Notes: generated from the sequence alone by a model not told the origin. A stretch of 63,469 bases of DNA, filler included, from Licmophora abbreviata (GCA_900291995.1; 22 parts of 22 records of this genome joined end to end with filler, not necessarily neighbours in it); one strand, 5' to 3'. Positions 19,238-30,318 are shown, numbered from the whole stretch's first letter. A program made the numbers and translations.

Positions 19238-20397
19238 ATGCTCGAGCAGTTCATTCAGGGCACACTGACGCTCTTCGGCAGCGGCACCTCGGTGATGATC
19301 TTTTTCCTCGGCCTGATCGGCGGGATGCTGTTCGGCGCCATTCCCGGCGTCAACATGCTGACCTTGGGGGCGGTGCTCCTGCCCTTCACGGTCGCGATGA
19401 GCCCCGACAACGCGATCATGCTCTTTTCGGTCATCTATTGCGCAGGCGTGTTCGGCGGCGCCATAACGGCGATCCTGTTCAATATCCCCGGCGCCCCCGA
19501 AAACGCGCCCACCTGCCTTGATGGCTACCCGATGACACTCAACGGGCAGGCCGGCAAGGCCATCGGCGCGGCGGTGAGTTGTTCGGCCATTGGCGGGACG
19601 GCCTCGGCGGTGGTGATGATGCTCTTCACCGGGGTCGTGGCCTCTTTCGCCGTGCGTGCCTTCGGCCCGCCCGAGATCTTTGCGCTCATCATCTTCGGCC
19701 TCACGGTCTCGGCCTCGATCGGCGCCAAGACGCTGTGGAAAGGCTGGCTGTCGGTCTTCGCGGGCCTGATGATCGCCGCCGTCGGAACCGATCCGATCGG
19801 CGGAACGCCGCGCTTCAGCAACGGCAACATCCTCGGGATGGAGTATCAATCCTACTACCTCTCCGCAGGCGTGCATTTCATCCCGATGATCCTCGGCTTC
19901 TTTGCGGTCTCCGAAGTTCTGGGACAAGCGATTGCCATCTCCAAGGGCGAACGCAAACGCCCCAAGGCGAATATCGAATTCCCCACCATCGCCGAATTCG
20001 TGGCGGTGCGCTGGACGATCCTGCGCTCCACGCTGATCGGCATGTTCGCCGGTGTCCTTCCGGGGATCGGCGCCACGCTCGCCGCCTTCCTCGGCTACAG
20101 TCAGGCCCGGCAATGGTCCAAGAACCGGGCCAATTTCGGCAAGGGCGAGATGGAAGGCGTCGTGGCCTCCGAAACCGCCAACAACGCGGCGACCGGCGCG
20201 GCCATGATCCCGCTTCTGGCGCTCGGCCTGCCCGGCGGGGCGCTAACGGCCATGATCATGGGCATCTTCCAGATCCATGGCATGGAGCCGGGTCCGCTGA
20301 TCTTCATCACGTCGGGCGATCTTGTCTGGGTCACCTTCGCGGCGATGTTCTGGGCCAATATCCTCATCATCTTTCTGGGCTGGCTGCAGACCAAGAC
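19238..20397 (+). CDS. tctA: Tripartite tricarboxylate transporter permease TctA, 3' truncated
   Basis: GAIPG, AILFNIPGAP, LDGYPM, FGPPE, ETANNA, LALGLPG. Confidence 0.93.
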
Positions 20398-20497
20398 NNN
20401 NNNNNNNNNNNNNNNNNNNNNNNNNNNNNNNNNNNNNNNNNTTAATTAATTAANNNNNNNNNNNNNNNNNNNNNNNNNNNNNNNNNNNNNNNNNNNN

Positions 20498-20559
20498 ACC
20501 CACACGCCTTGCGGCGGGGGATTTTGAATCCCCTGCGTCTACCGTTCCGCCACTTGGGC
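20498..20559 (-). tRNA. tRNA-Leu(CAA), 3' end lost in gap
   Basis: Reverse complement GCCCAAGTGGCGGAACGGTAGACGCAGGGGATTCAAAATCCCCCGCCGCAAGGCGTGTGGGT: anticodon CAA, long variable arm. Confidence 0.93.
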
Positions 20560-20688
20560 ACAGTCCATCGTCTACCCAAGCCTTGCGCCCTCGTCCAGAG
20601 CCACTGACGGAAATTTGCACAACTCGTGCTTGACCGCCCGGCCCCTGCATGCTCAGACGCCCTCACCCCGGCAACGGGATGCCCCATC

Positions 20689-21267
20689 ATGCTCAGACGG
20701 CTTTATGACTGGACGATCCGCATGTCCGACCACCCCCGCGCACTTTGGGTGCTTGCGGCGGTGTCTTTCGTGGAAAGCTCGGTCTTCCCGATCCCCCCGG
20801 ATGTGCTCATGATCCCGATGATCCTCGCACGGCCCTCTCGGGCATGGCTGATCGCTCTGGTCGCCCTCGTCAGTTCCGTTCTGGGCGGGCTCCTCGGCTA
20901 TGCGATCGGCGCGCTCGCCTATGAACAGGTGGGCCAGCCGATCCTCGAATCGCTCGGCAAGGGCGACTCCATGACCGAGTTCAACACCCGCTTCAACGAT
21001 TTCGGCTTCTGGGCGGTGCTGACCGCCGGGATCACGCCGTTTCCCTACAAGGTCATCACCATCATGTCCGGCTGGACCGGGATGCCGCTGGTCACCTTCA
21101 TCGCCACCTCGATTCTCGCGCGGGGCTTTCGGTTCTTTCTTGTCGCCGCCCTGCTCTGGAAATACGGCGCGCCGATCCGCGATTTCATCGAGCGCCGTCT
21201 GGGCCTGATGGCCATCCTTTTCGTCGCGCTGCTGTTCGGCGGCTTCTATCTGGTGCGGCACCTGTGA
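20689..21267 (+). CDS. YqaA/DedA (VTT domain) membrane protein
   Basis: SFVESSVFPIPPD, GITPFPYKV, RGFRFF. Confidence 0.9.
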   Translation: MLRRLYDWTIRMSDHPRALWVLAAVSFVESSVFPIPPDVLMIPMILARPSRAWLIALVALVSSVLGGLLGYAIGALAYEQVGQPILESLGKGDSMTEFNTRFNDFGFWAVLTAGITPFPYKVITIMSGWTGMPLVTFIATSILARGFRFFLVAALLWKYGAPIRDFIERRLGLMAILFVALLFGGFYLVRHL

Positions 21268-21728
21268 TGCCCTCGCGCCGCATATGGATCCTGCTCGCGG
21301 CGGGCGGGTCGGCGGCGCTGATGCTGGGCGCCCTCGGTTTTCAGTATCTCGGTGACATGCCCCCCTGCAAACTGTGCTACTGGCAGCGGTATCCGCATTG
21401 GGCCGCCATCGGCATCGGCGCGGCAGCCCTGTTGGTGCCGATTGCGGCGCTGACGCTGCTTGGCGCGCTCGCCGCCCTGACCACCGCCGCCATCGGGTTC
21501 TATCACACCGGGGTCGAGCGTGACTGGTGGGAAGGCCCGGCCTCCTGCTCTGCCGGTGGTGCCTCGGGGATGAGTGCCGATGACCTCTTCGCGCAGATCA
21601 TGGCCGCCCCCCTCGTGCGCTGCGACGAGGTGCCTTGGCAGATGTTCGGTCTCTCCATGGCCAGCTGGAACATGCTCGCCTCACTGGCGCTTGTCGGCTG
21701 TTGGATCATGGCCTTCCGCCGGGCCTGA
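21267..21728 (+). CDS. dsbB: Disulfide bond formation protein B family
   Basis: PCKLCYWQR, YHTGVE, GPASC, VRCDE, GLSMASWN. Confidence 0.9.
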   Translation: MPSRRIWILLAAGGSAALMLGALGFQYLGDMPPCKLCYWQRYPHWAAIGIGAAALLVPIAALTLLGALAALTTAAIGFYHTGVERDWWEGPASCSAGGASGMSADDLFAQIMAAPLVRCDEVPWQMFGLSMASWNMLASLALVGCWIMAFRRA

Positions 21729-21760
21729 TTTCGGCCTGATTTGGGCCTGCCGGGCCGAGT

Positions 21761-21850
21761 TGTGTACAAGATGGACACAAATCCCGCCAAACGGACCCCG
21801 GATCGTCCCAAACGCGTGTAGGTTTCGTACCAATCCTACACATCGCCCCC
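21761..21850. repeat. Dispersed ~90-bp two-hairpin (REP/REPIN-like) repeat, copy 1
   Basis: Ungapped match of about 65/90 by hand to 59688-59777. Hairpins TGTGTAC-N5-GGACACA and GTGTAGG-N12-CCTACAC. Confidence 0.75.
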
Positions 21851-21853
21851 CGG

Positions 21854-22282
21854 TCAGTTGCCGGATTTTCGGGTGTTGAGCAAAAGGCTGGTTTCCGAGC
21901 TGGCAATCCCGTCGAATCTCCGGATTTGCCCCAGAATCGCGTCGAACCCTTCCAGCGTCTCGGTCCCGATCTCGACAATCAGATCCCACCGCCCATTCGT
22001 GGTATGCACCGCCCGAACCGCGCTCAACCCATTGATCTGACGTATTATTCTATCCGTGCCGCGGCCTTCGATCCCGATCATCATCAGCCCTCGCACCGGG
22101 TCTCTGGCGCTATCCGCCTTCAGGACAACCGAAAATCCCAGAATCTCCCCCGAGGCTTTCAATCGCTCGATTCGCCCCCGCACCGTGGTCCGCGACACCC
22201 CAAGCATAATCGCCAGATCCGACAAGGACGCCCTCGCATCATGCCGCAGCGCCGAAATCAACTTGCGATCCGTTTCGTCCAT
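21854..22282 (-). CDS. Lrp/AsnC family regulator, divergent from arginase
   Basis: MDETDRKLISALRHDARASLSDLA..LGVSRTTVRGRI; TTNGRWDL. Confidence 0.92.
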   Translation of the reverse strand: MDETDRKLISALRHDARASLSDLAIMLGVSRTTVRGRIERLKASGEILGFSVVLKADSARDPVRGLMMIGIEGRGTDRIIRQINGLSAVRAVHTTNGRWDLIVEIGTETLEGFDAILGQIRRFDGIASSETSLLLNTRKSGN

Positions 22283-22401
22283 ATCGTCCGTTCTGGCTGT
22301 CGTTTCGGAATTTATACCTTCTAAATGTGCAATTTGCCCGCTGTAAATCAACCCATATCGGCGAAATATTTACCAAGTCTTTATATGGGATTTTTCGCAC
22401 C

Positions 22402-23328
22402 ATGCCTCGAAACTGCGTTCTGATCGGCGCCCCGGTTGATAGCGGCAAACCCCGCCAAGGCTGCCTCATGGGCCCCGACGCCCTCCGCGTCGCCGGTTTG
22501 CACAAAGCCCTGACCGGCCTTGGCCACCACGTCACCGACCTCGGCAACCTCTCCCCCCTGCCTGTCGCTGAACCCTGCGACATGCCGCCCCATATCCATG
22601 CCCCAGTCCAGACGAAGTGTTGGTCGCAAGCTATTGCAAACGCTATAGAATCTATCGCCGCAGATGACCTGCCGATCTTCCTTGGCGGCGATCACAGCCT
22701 GTCCTTGTGGTCGGTCCCCGGCATAGCCCGCCACGCCGCCGCACAGGGCAAACCCCAATTCGTGCTCTGGCTCGACGCCCATAGCGATTTTCACACGCCG
22801 TCCAGTTCGACCTCCGGAAACCTGCATGGAACACCCCTCGCCTATGCCACTGGAAAAACTGGATTTTCCGGCTTTCCACGGGTGCAGTCCCCGGTCCCCG
22901 AGGACCATATCTGCATCCTCGGCCTGCGCTCCGTGGATGCTGCGGAACGCGACATGCTGCAATCCTCCGGCATCCGCCGCCACGATATGCGCGAGATCGA
23001 CGAGACCGGCATCGCCCGCCCCCTCGCCGCCTTCCTCGACACGGTCGCCCAGGCAAATGGCGCGCTGCATGTCTCGTTCGATGTGGATTTTCTGGACCCC
23101 GGTTTCGCCCCCGCCGTCGGCACCACCGTCCCCGGCGGCGCCACCATCCGCGAAGCGCATCTGGTCATGGAGATGATCTGCGACAGCGGATTGATGAGCT
23201 CTCTGGACCTTGTGGAGCTCAATCCGTTTCTCGACGAGCGCGGCCGCACAGCACAGGTGATGGTGGATCTCGTGGCCTCGGCCCTTGGTCGACGCGTCTT
23301 TGACCGCCAGACGCAAGCCTTTGGATAA
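22402..23328 (+). CDS. rocF: Arginase
   Basis: GGDHS, DAHSDFH, SGNLHG, SFDVDFLDP, VELNPFLD. Confidence 0.95.
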   Translation: MPRNCVLIGAPVDSGKPRQGCLMGPDALRVAGLHKALTGLGHHVTDLGNLSPLPVAEPCDMPPHIHAPVQTKCWSQAIANAIESIAADDLPIFLGGDHSLSLWSVPGIARHAAAQGKPQFVLWLDAHSDFHTPSSSTSGNLHGTPLAYATGKTGFSGFPRVQSPVPEDHICILGLRSVDAAERDMLQSSGIRRHDMREIDETGIARPLAAFLDTVAQANGALHVSFDVDFLDPGFAPAVGTTVPGGATIREAHLVMEMICDSGLMSSLDLVELNPFLDERGRTAQVMVDLVASALGRRVFDRQTQAFG

Positions 23329-23341
23329 AGGGGAAAAAACC

Positions 23342-24394
23342 ATGACACACTCTGCACCTTCAGCCAAAGCGCTGGTGCCCTTCGTCTCGGTCGAGGCGAT
23401 GATGGAGCTTGTTCATCACATCGGCATCGAGCCGATGCTGCGCGGTCTGGCCGACTATATCGAACAGGATTTCCGCCGATGGGAGCTTTTCGACAAGACC
23501 CCCCGTGTCGCCAGTCATTCCGCCAAAGGCGTGATCGAACTGATGCCCACGTCCGACGGCGAGGTCTATGGGTTCAAATATGTCAACGGCCACCCCGGCA
23601 ACACCCGTCAGGGGCTTCAGACCGTCACCGCCTTCGGTCTTCTGGCGGATGTCGGCAATGGCTACCCGGTGCTTTTGAGCGAGATGACGATCCTCACCGC
23701 GCTGCGCACAGCCGCCACCTCGGCGATGGTGGCGCGGCACCTTGCGCCGAAAGGCGCAGACACGATGGCGATGATCGGCAACGGTGCGCAGTCGGAATTC
23801 CAAAGCCTTGCCATGAAGGCGATCTGCGGCCTCAGGTCTGTGTGCCTGTGGGATATCGACCCCGCCGCGACACGCAAATCCGCAAACAACCTCAGAGGCT
23901 TGGGGCTAGATGTTCATGTGTGCAACAGCGCTGAAGCCGCGATCGAAGGCGCGCAGATCATCACCACCTGCACCGCCGACAAGCAATACGCGACGATCCT
24001 GACCGACAACATGGTCGGCGCCGGTGTCCATATCAACGCGATCGGTGGCGACTGTCCCGGCAAGACGGAACTGGCCCCCGCCGTCCTTCTACGCAGTGAC
24101 ATCTTCGTGGAATATCCCGACCAGACCCGGATCGAGGGCGAAATCCAGCAATTGCCCCCCGATCACCCCGTCACGCAGATCTGGGAGGTCGTCACGGGCC
24201 GCAAACCGGGGCGCACCAGCACCGGGCAGATCACGCTTTTCGACAGCGTCGGCTTCGCAATCGAGGATTTCAGCGCCTTGCGCTATCTGCGCGACGCGAT
24301 CAAGGGGACCGATCTATATATGGAGCTGGACCTGCTGGCTGACCCCGACGATCCGCGTGATCTCTTCGGGATGCTGCAACGCGCGGCCCCCTGA
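23342..24394 (+). CDS. ocd: Ornithine cyclodeaminase
   Basis: GVIELMP, FKYVNGHP, LTALRTAATS, GGDCPGKTE, FDSVGFAIEDF. Confidence 0.95.
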   Translation: MTHSAPSAKALVPFVSVEAMMELVHHIGIEPMLRGLADYIEQDFRRWELFDKTPRVASHSAKGVIELMPTSDGEVYGFKYVNGHPGNTRQGLQTVTAFGLLADVGNGYPVLLSEMTILTALRTAATSAMVARHLAPKGADTMAMIGNGAQSEFQSLAMKAICGLRSVCLWDIDPAATRKSANNLRGLGLDVHVCNSAEAAIEGAQIITTCTADKQYATILTDNMVGAGVHINAIGGDCPGKTELAPAVLLRSDIFVEYPDQTRIEGEIQQLPPDHPVTQIWEVVTGRKPGRTSTGQITLFDSVGFAIEDFSALRYLRDAIKGTDLYMELDLLADPDDPRDLFGMLQRAAP

Positions 24395-24432
24395 ACGCGT
24401 TTTGCTGTTGCTCAGGTCAAAGGCGGAACAAT

Positions 24433-25681
24433 TCAGGCCGCATCCCTCATCAGCGCCACCAGATCCGCCACCTCCAAGGGCACCGGATTGCCCTTCATCG
24501 ACGAGGACCCAACCGCCGCCTGCGCCAGATCTTCGTGATCCGCTGCCCGAACGCCCATTGCCGAAAGGCCGGGAAGACCCGAAGCCTCGGCCCAGTCGAC
24601 AAGCCTATGGGGCGCCTGATCGGCGGTGCCGCCCAAGGCATCGGCGATCCAGTCCGACACCTGCGCCAGACGCACGCTTGCGTCACCCGTCGCGCGCTCG
24701 GCGTTGCAGGCCAGAACAAAGGGCAGCAACCGCCCGCAGACCGCACCATGCGGTGCCCCGGACATCCCACCGATCGGACCGGCCAGCCCATGCACCGCCC
24801 CAAGCGCCGCATTCGCCAGCGCCAAGCCGCCGTAAAGACTGACCAATGCCATGGCGTCACGCGCCTCAGAGGACTCCCCCTCCTGCAAACGGCAGAGCGC
24901 CTGCAAACCACGCGGAATGGCATCCCGGCAGAGCGCATCGGTCAGGGCATTGGCCTTGGAGCTGACATAGGGCTCGATCACCTGCGTGACGGCGTCGAGC
25001 CCACTGGCAAGGGTCACGGCCCATGGCGTACCATCTGTCAGAGCGGGATCGACAATCGCCAGATCGGCAATCATGCGCGGATCACGCAGCGACACCTTGC
25101 GACGCGCCTCCGGCACGGCAATCACCGCGTTCTTCGTCACCTCGGCCCCGGTTCCGGCGGTCGTGGGAATCGCGATGAACGGTAAGGGCGCATGNNNNNN
25201 NNNNNNNNNNNNNNNNNNNNNNNNNNNNNNNNNNNNNNTTAATTAATTAANNNNNNNNNNNNNNNNNNNNNNNNNNNNNNNNNNNNNNNNNNNNATGATC
25301 CAGCGGAAGGCCCTGCCCGACCACCTCGAGATGATCGAGCATGGGGCGTGTCGCAGGCACCAAGGCAGCGATGGCCTTGCCCGCATCGATTACCGATCCA
25401 CCGCCACAGGCGACGATCACGCGCGCGCCGCATCTGCGCGCCGCGGCCACCCCCACCTCGATCAGCGCGACATCGGGCTCTTGGGGAACGGCAAACCCCT
25501 CTACCTGAACGCCAGCTGCGGCCAGATCATCCCGCAACCACCCGACACGGCCGGCAGCGGCCCCATGCACCAGCAAGACGCGATCGGCCCGCTGCGCGAT
25601 CCGCGACGCCGCCTGTTGCGCCATGCCCCGCCCAAACAGGATTTCCCCCGGCGACAGGAACGAGAAAGCGGCAAGCGTCAT
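24433..25681 (-). CDS. Iron-containing alcohol dehydrogenase (spans gap 25195-25294; flanks overlap by ATG)
   Basis: GGGSVIDAGK, PTTAGTGAEVT, DAVTQ, GAVHG, PHG. Confidence 0.92.
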
Positions 25682-25765
25682 GGCGATGGTCCTTTGGATG
25701 GTGCGTGATCCTGTCTGTCACAGGGATCGCGCTCAGAAAAGCGTCTGCGAGCCGATGCGCGCAAG

Positions 25766-25793
25766 AAAAAAGGGGCGCCAGCATGGCGCCCCT
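25766..25793 (-). terminator. Intrinsic terminator about 200 nt downstream of nrdJ
   Basis: Minus strand AGGGGCGCCA-TGC-TGGCGCCCCT followed by a T-run. Confidence 0.85.
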
Positions 25794-25986
25794 GAGGTTC
25801 ACGAGATCAGGCTCACTCTTTGTACCGCCCGGTTTCTGCCTGCGGCCTGATCCGCGTCGGGGGCGAGCGCACTCGCCCCGGAACACGATGAGTCGAAGCT
25901 GGTTCGCCCCCACCCTGTTTCTGCGACCTCACGGGACCACCCGACCCCGTGCAGTCCACGCGCCCCCCGTCGGGGGCGCGATCTCC

Positions 25987-28900
25987 TTAGCTACAGCCCG
26001 AGGTGGAGCCGCAGGTGTTGCACTTCATGCAGGTACCGTTGCGCACCAGCGTGTAGTTGCCGCATTCCCCGCAGGCTTCGCCCTCATAGCCCTGCATCCG
26101 CGCCTTGGACGCCGCATCCATAGACATCGCCCCTGTCGCATAGGTCGCCGTCATGGTGGTCGTGGTGGACGCCATCGCAGCCCGTGCTGTGGAGGTTTCA
26201 GGCACCAGGGTCTGCAAGGTCTGCATCGGATCGCCCGATGTCTGATAGGCCGTGGCCCCGGCCTGTCCGCCGTTCAGCACCACCAACTCCTGCGGAAGAC
26301 GCTTGCGCAGATAGCCCGTCGAGCTGATCTGCTTGAGCACCTCCAGCGACCGCGAGGCGGCGGCATCGCTCATCTCGCTGACATTGGACACGCCCTCTTC
26401 CTCGCCGCGTCCCAGATCATCGAAGGACGCGCCCTGCGGCTTCACATGCGCCAGGTCCGTGCGGTCCAGATAGCTGACCGCCAGTTCCCGGAAGATGTAG
26501 TCGAGGATCGATGTGGCATTCTTGATGCTGTCATTGCCCTGCACCATGCCTGCCGGCTCGAACTTGGTGAAGGTGAAGGCATCGACGAACTCTTCCAGCG
26601 GCACACCATATTGCAGGCCAACCGACACCGCGATGGCGAAGTTGTTCATCATCGCACGGAAGCCGGCCCCTTCCTTGTGCATGTCGATGAAGATTTCGCC
26701 AAGGTTGCCATCCTCATATTCGCCGGTGCGCAGATACACCTTGTGCCCGCCCACGATCGCCTTCTGGGTATAGCCCTTGCGGCGTTCCGGCATTTTCTGG
26801 CGATGCGATCTGATGATCTCCTTGACGATGACCTTCTCGACGATCTTCTCGGCCAGAACGGCGGCCTTTTCCTGTGCCGAGCCGTTTTCGAGGATCTCGG
26901 CGGCGTCCTCGTCATCCTCGACAAGGCTTGCAGCGAGCGGCTGGCTGAGTTTCGAGCCGTCACGGTAGAGCGCATTGGCTTTCACCCCGAGCGACCAGCT
27001 CAGCTCATAGGCCTTCTGGCAATCCTCGATCGTGGCGTCGTTGGGCATGTTGATCGTCTTCGAGATCGCCCCAGAGATGAAGCTCTGTGCCGCGGCCATC
27101 ATGTAGATGTGGCTATCGACGCTCAGATAGCGCTTGCCCTTCTTGCCGCAGGGATTGGCGCAGTCGAAGACGGTCAGATGCTCCTCTTTCAGATGCGGTG
27201 CACCTTCCAGGGTCATAGTCCCGCAGACGTGATCGTTGGCCGCGTCGATATCGACTTTCGAATAGCCCAGATGCGCCAGCATGTCGAAGGTCGGATCGTT
27301 GAGCTTCTCCGCGGGGATGCCCAGAACATTGGTGCAGAATTCTGCGCCAAGTGTCCACTGGTTGAACACGAAGCGGATATCGAAGGCGCTTCCAAGAGCT
27401 GCATCGACCTTCTGCAACTCGTTCGGGCCAAACCCATGCCCCACAAGCGAGGTATGGTTGATCCCCGGCGCATTGCCGATCGTGCCATGACCGACGGCAT
27501 AGCTGACGATCTCTTCGATCTGCGCCGACCCATAGCCCAGCTTTTCAAGCGCTGCAGGCACCGATTGGTTGATGATCTTGAAATAACCACCCCCGGCCAG
27601 TTTCTTGAACTTGACCAGCGCGAAGTCCGGCTCGATCCCGGTTGTATCGCAATCCATCACCAAACCGATCGTGCCGGTGGGCGCGATCACCGTGGCCTGC
27701 GCGTTGCGATAGCCGTGCTTTTCGCCAAGGCGCAGCGCCTCGTCCCAGCTGGCCATCGCCAGATCCACCAGCCGCGCATCCGGGCAGTTCTTCTGATCGA
27801 GGGGCAGCGGTTTGATCGCCAGCGCCTCGTATCCGTCCGAATTGCCATAGGCCGCGTTGCGGTGGTTGCGGATGACCCGGAGCATATGCTCACGGTTACG
27901 CTCATAGCCCGCAAAGGCCCCAAGCTCGCTCGCCATCTCGGCCGAGGTGGCATAGGACACGCCGGTCATGATCGCGGTCAACGCACCGCACATCGCGCGG
28001 CCTTCATCGCTGTCATAGCCAAGGCCCATATTCATCAGCAGGCCGCCAATATTGGCATAGCCAAGGCCCAGTGTCCGGAACTCATAGCTCAGCTGCGCGA
28101 TTTCCTTGGACGGGAATTGCGCCATCATCACCGAGATTTCCAGCGTCACGGTCCACAGGCGGGTGGCGTGGACATAGCTTTCCGCATCGAACGCGCCGTT
28201 GTGGAAGAACTGCAGCAGGTTCATCGACGCAAGGTTGCAGGCCGTGTCGTCAAGGAACATGTACTCCGAGCACGGGTTCGAGCCACGGATCGCACCATCT
28301 TCGGGGCAGGTATGCCACGCATTGACGGTGTCGTGATACTGGATGCCCGGATCGGCGCAGGCCCATGCCGCATGGCCCACCTGCTCCCACAGATCGCGCG
28401 CCTTGATAGTCTTGGCGACGCCGCCATCGGTGCGGTTGATCAGCGCCCAGTCCTCATCCTTGCGAACCGCTTCGAGGAATGCATCGGTCACACGGATCGA
28501 GTTGTTGGAGTTCTGACCGGAAACGCTCGCATAGGCCTCGCTGTCCCAATCGGTGTCATAGGTCGGGAACTCAATGCTGACATAGCCCTGCTTGGCGTAA
28601 TCCAGCACGCGCTTGACATAGGTTTCGGGGATCTGCACCTGCTTGGCGCTGCGGATCGCAGCCTTCAGGCCGGGATTCTTCTTGGGGTCCACAGCGTCTT
28701 CGCTGCTGCCGTCCCATACGCGAATCGCCGAGAAGATCTCATTAAGCTTCTGCTCGTGCATCTTGGAGCCTGCGACGATCGACGCCACTTTCTGCTCTTC
28801 GCGCACCTTCCAGTTGATGAACTCCTCGATATCGGGGTGGTCCGCGTCGCAGATCACCATCTTGGCTGCCCGGCGCGTGGTGCCGCCCGACTTGATTGCG

Positions 28901-29824
28901 CCCGCCGCGCGGTCGCCGATCTTCAGAAAGCCCATCAGGCCCGACGACTTGCCACCGCCCGACAGTTTTTCACCCTCGGCGCGCAGGCTGGAGAAGTTCG
29001 TCCCTGTGCCCGAGCCGTATTTGAACAGGCGTGCCTCGCGCACCCACAGATCCATGATGCCGCCATCGCCCACGAGATCATCGGCGACCGACTGGATGAA
29101 ACACGCATGAGGCTGTGGGTGCTCATAGGCGCTGCTCGATTTGGTCAGTTCGCCCGTCTGGTAATCCACGTAGTAGTGGCCCTGGCTGGGGCCGTCGATG
29201 CCATAGGCCCAGTGCAGGCCGGTATTGAACCACTGCGGGCTGTTGGGCGCCGCCATCTGGCGGGCCAGCATGTAACGCATCTCGTCGAAATAGGCGCGCG
29301 CATCTTCCTCGGTGGTGAAATACCCACCTTTCCAGCCCCAATAGGCCCAAGCGCCGGCCAAGCGGTCGAACACTTGCTTGGCGCTGGTTTCACCTTCGAA
29401 TCCGGTGTTGTCATCCGCCGGAACCGAGCGCCACAGGAACTTGGGAACGCCCTTTTCCTTGACGCGCTTCACTTTGAGCGGAACGCCGGCCTTGCNNNNN
29501 NNNNNNNNNNNNNNNNNNNNNNNNNNNNNNNNNNNNNNNTTAATTAATTAANNNNNNNNNNNNNNNNNNNNNNNNNNNNNNNNNNNNNNNNNNNNCGCCC
29601 TTTTCCTTGACGCGCTTCACTTTGAGCGGAACGCCGGCCTTGCGGAAATATTTCTGTGCGATGACGTCGCTGGCCACCTGACTCCAGCGCGAAGGCACCT
29701 CGACGTTGTCCAGCTTGAAAACGGTCGTGCCATCCGGATTACGGATTTCCGAGCTGGTGGTCACGAAATCCAGCTCGGCGTAAGCGTCCTGCCCTGCTGT
29801 GGTGAACTTTCTTTCTATCTTCAT
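25987..29824 (-). CDS. nrdJ: Vitamin B12-dependent (class II) ribonucleotide reductase (spans gap; flanks share 48 bp)
   Basis: [37 protein letters not shown]-terminal [14 protein letters not shown]. Confidence 0.97.
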
Positions 29825-30001
29825 GTTCTTGCTGCCCCATAATTCAGCGTTTCACGTCAAAGTCGTCCGATCCCGCAGCCCCGTCGGGCCGTGTCACTCG
29901 GCAGAAACGTCCCCCGCTCCGGCACGGCGTAATGCCGTACAGGTCTATTGTCCCGATCACGTCGGGTATCTGATGGGGTTCTGTCCCTGACCGACCGCTG
30001 C

Positions 30002-30017
30002 ACACTATATCTTGTGG
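30002..30017. promoter_or_regulatory. NrdR box
   Basis: ACACTATATCTTGTGG fits the consensus acaCwAtATaTwGtgt, upstream of nrdJ. Confidence 0.8.
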
Positions 30018-30318
30018 CTTCAGCGTCGGCCCATACAAAGTGACGTATACAGAGGGGGGCGGTCAACGGAATTTTTACCAGTCTGGACCTAAAAATTTCA
30101 TTGACCTGCAACCGGCGATTTGGGCCGGACCACGCGATGTGATTCACCCGCGCCTCGTTGCGGCTGTGGCGCGCGGCCACGACCGCGCCCCGGCATTGTC
30201 GAAAGCAGCGTGTTTTTAGGGGGTTATGGCCCAGATTTGAGGTGCGATCCTAACCACCTCCACGACGAACGAACGCTCTCTATCGCTTAGGCAGGGCAAA
30301 AACATTGCGCCCACCTTT

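Noticed and set aside
20648..20699. 12-bp direct repeat CATGCTCAGACG upstream of and at the dedA-like start
   Set aside because: Only two copies, with nothing mobile between them; no supportable function.
25348..29547. 1399-aa plus-strand ORF
   Set aside because: Antisense shadow of nrdJ in high-GC DNA with no motifs. The same applies to 36270-37871 (trpE), 55020-56597 (lon) and 10425-11975.
29825..30000. Cobalamin riboswitch upstream of B12-dependent nrdJ
   Set aside because: No GGGAA, GCCACTG or B12-box elements are recognisable by eye.
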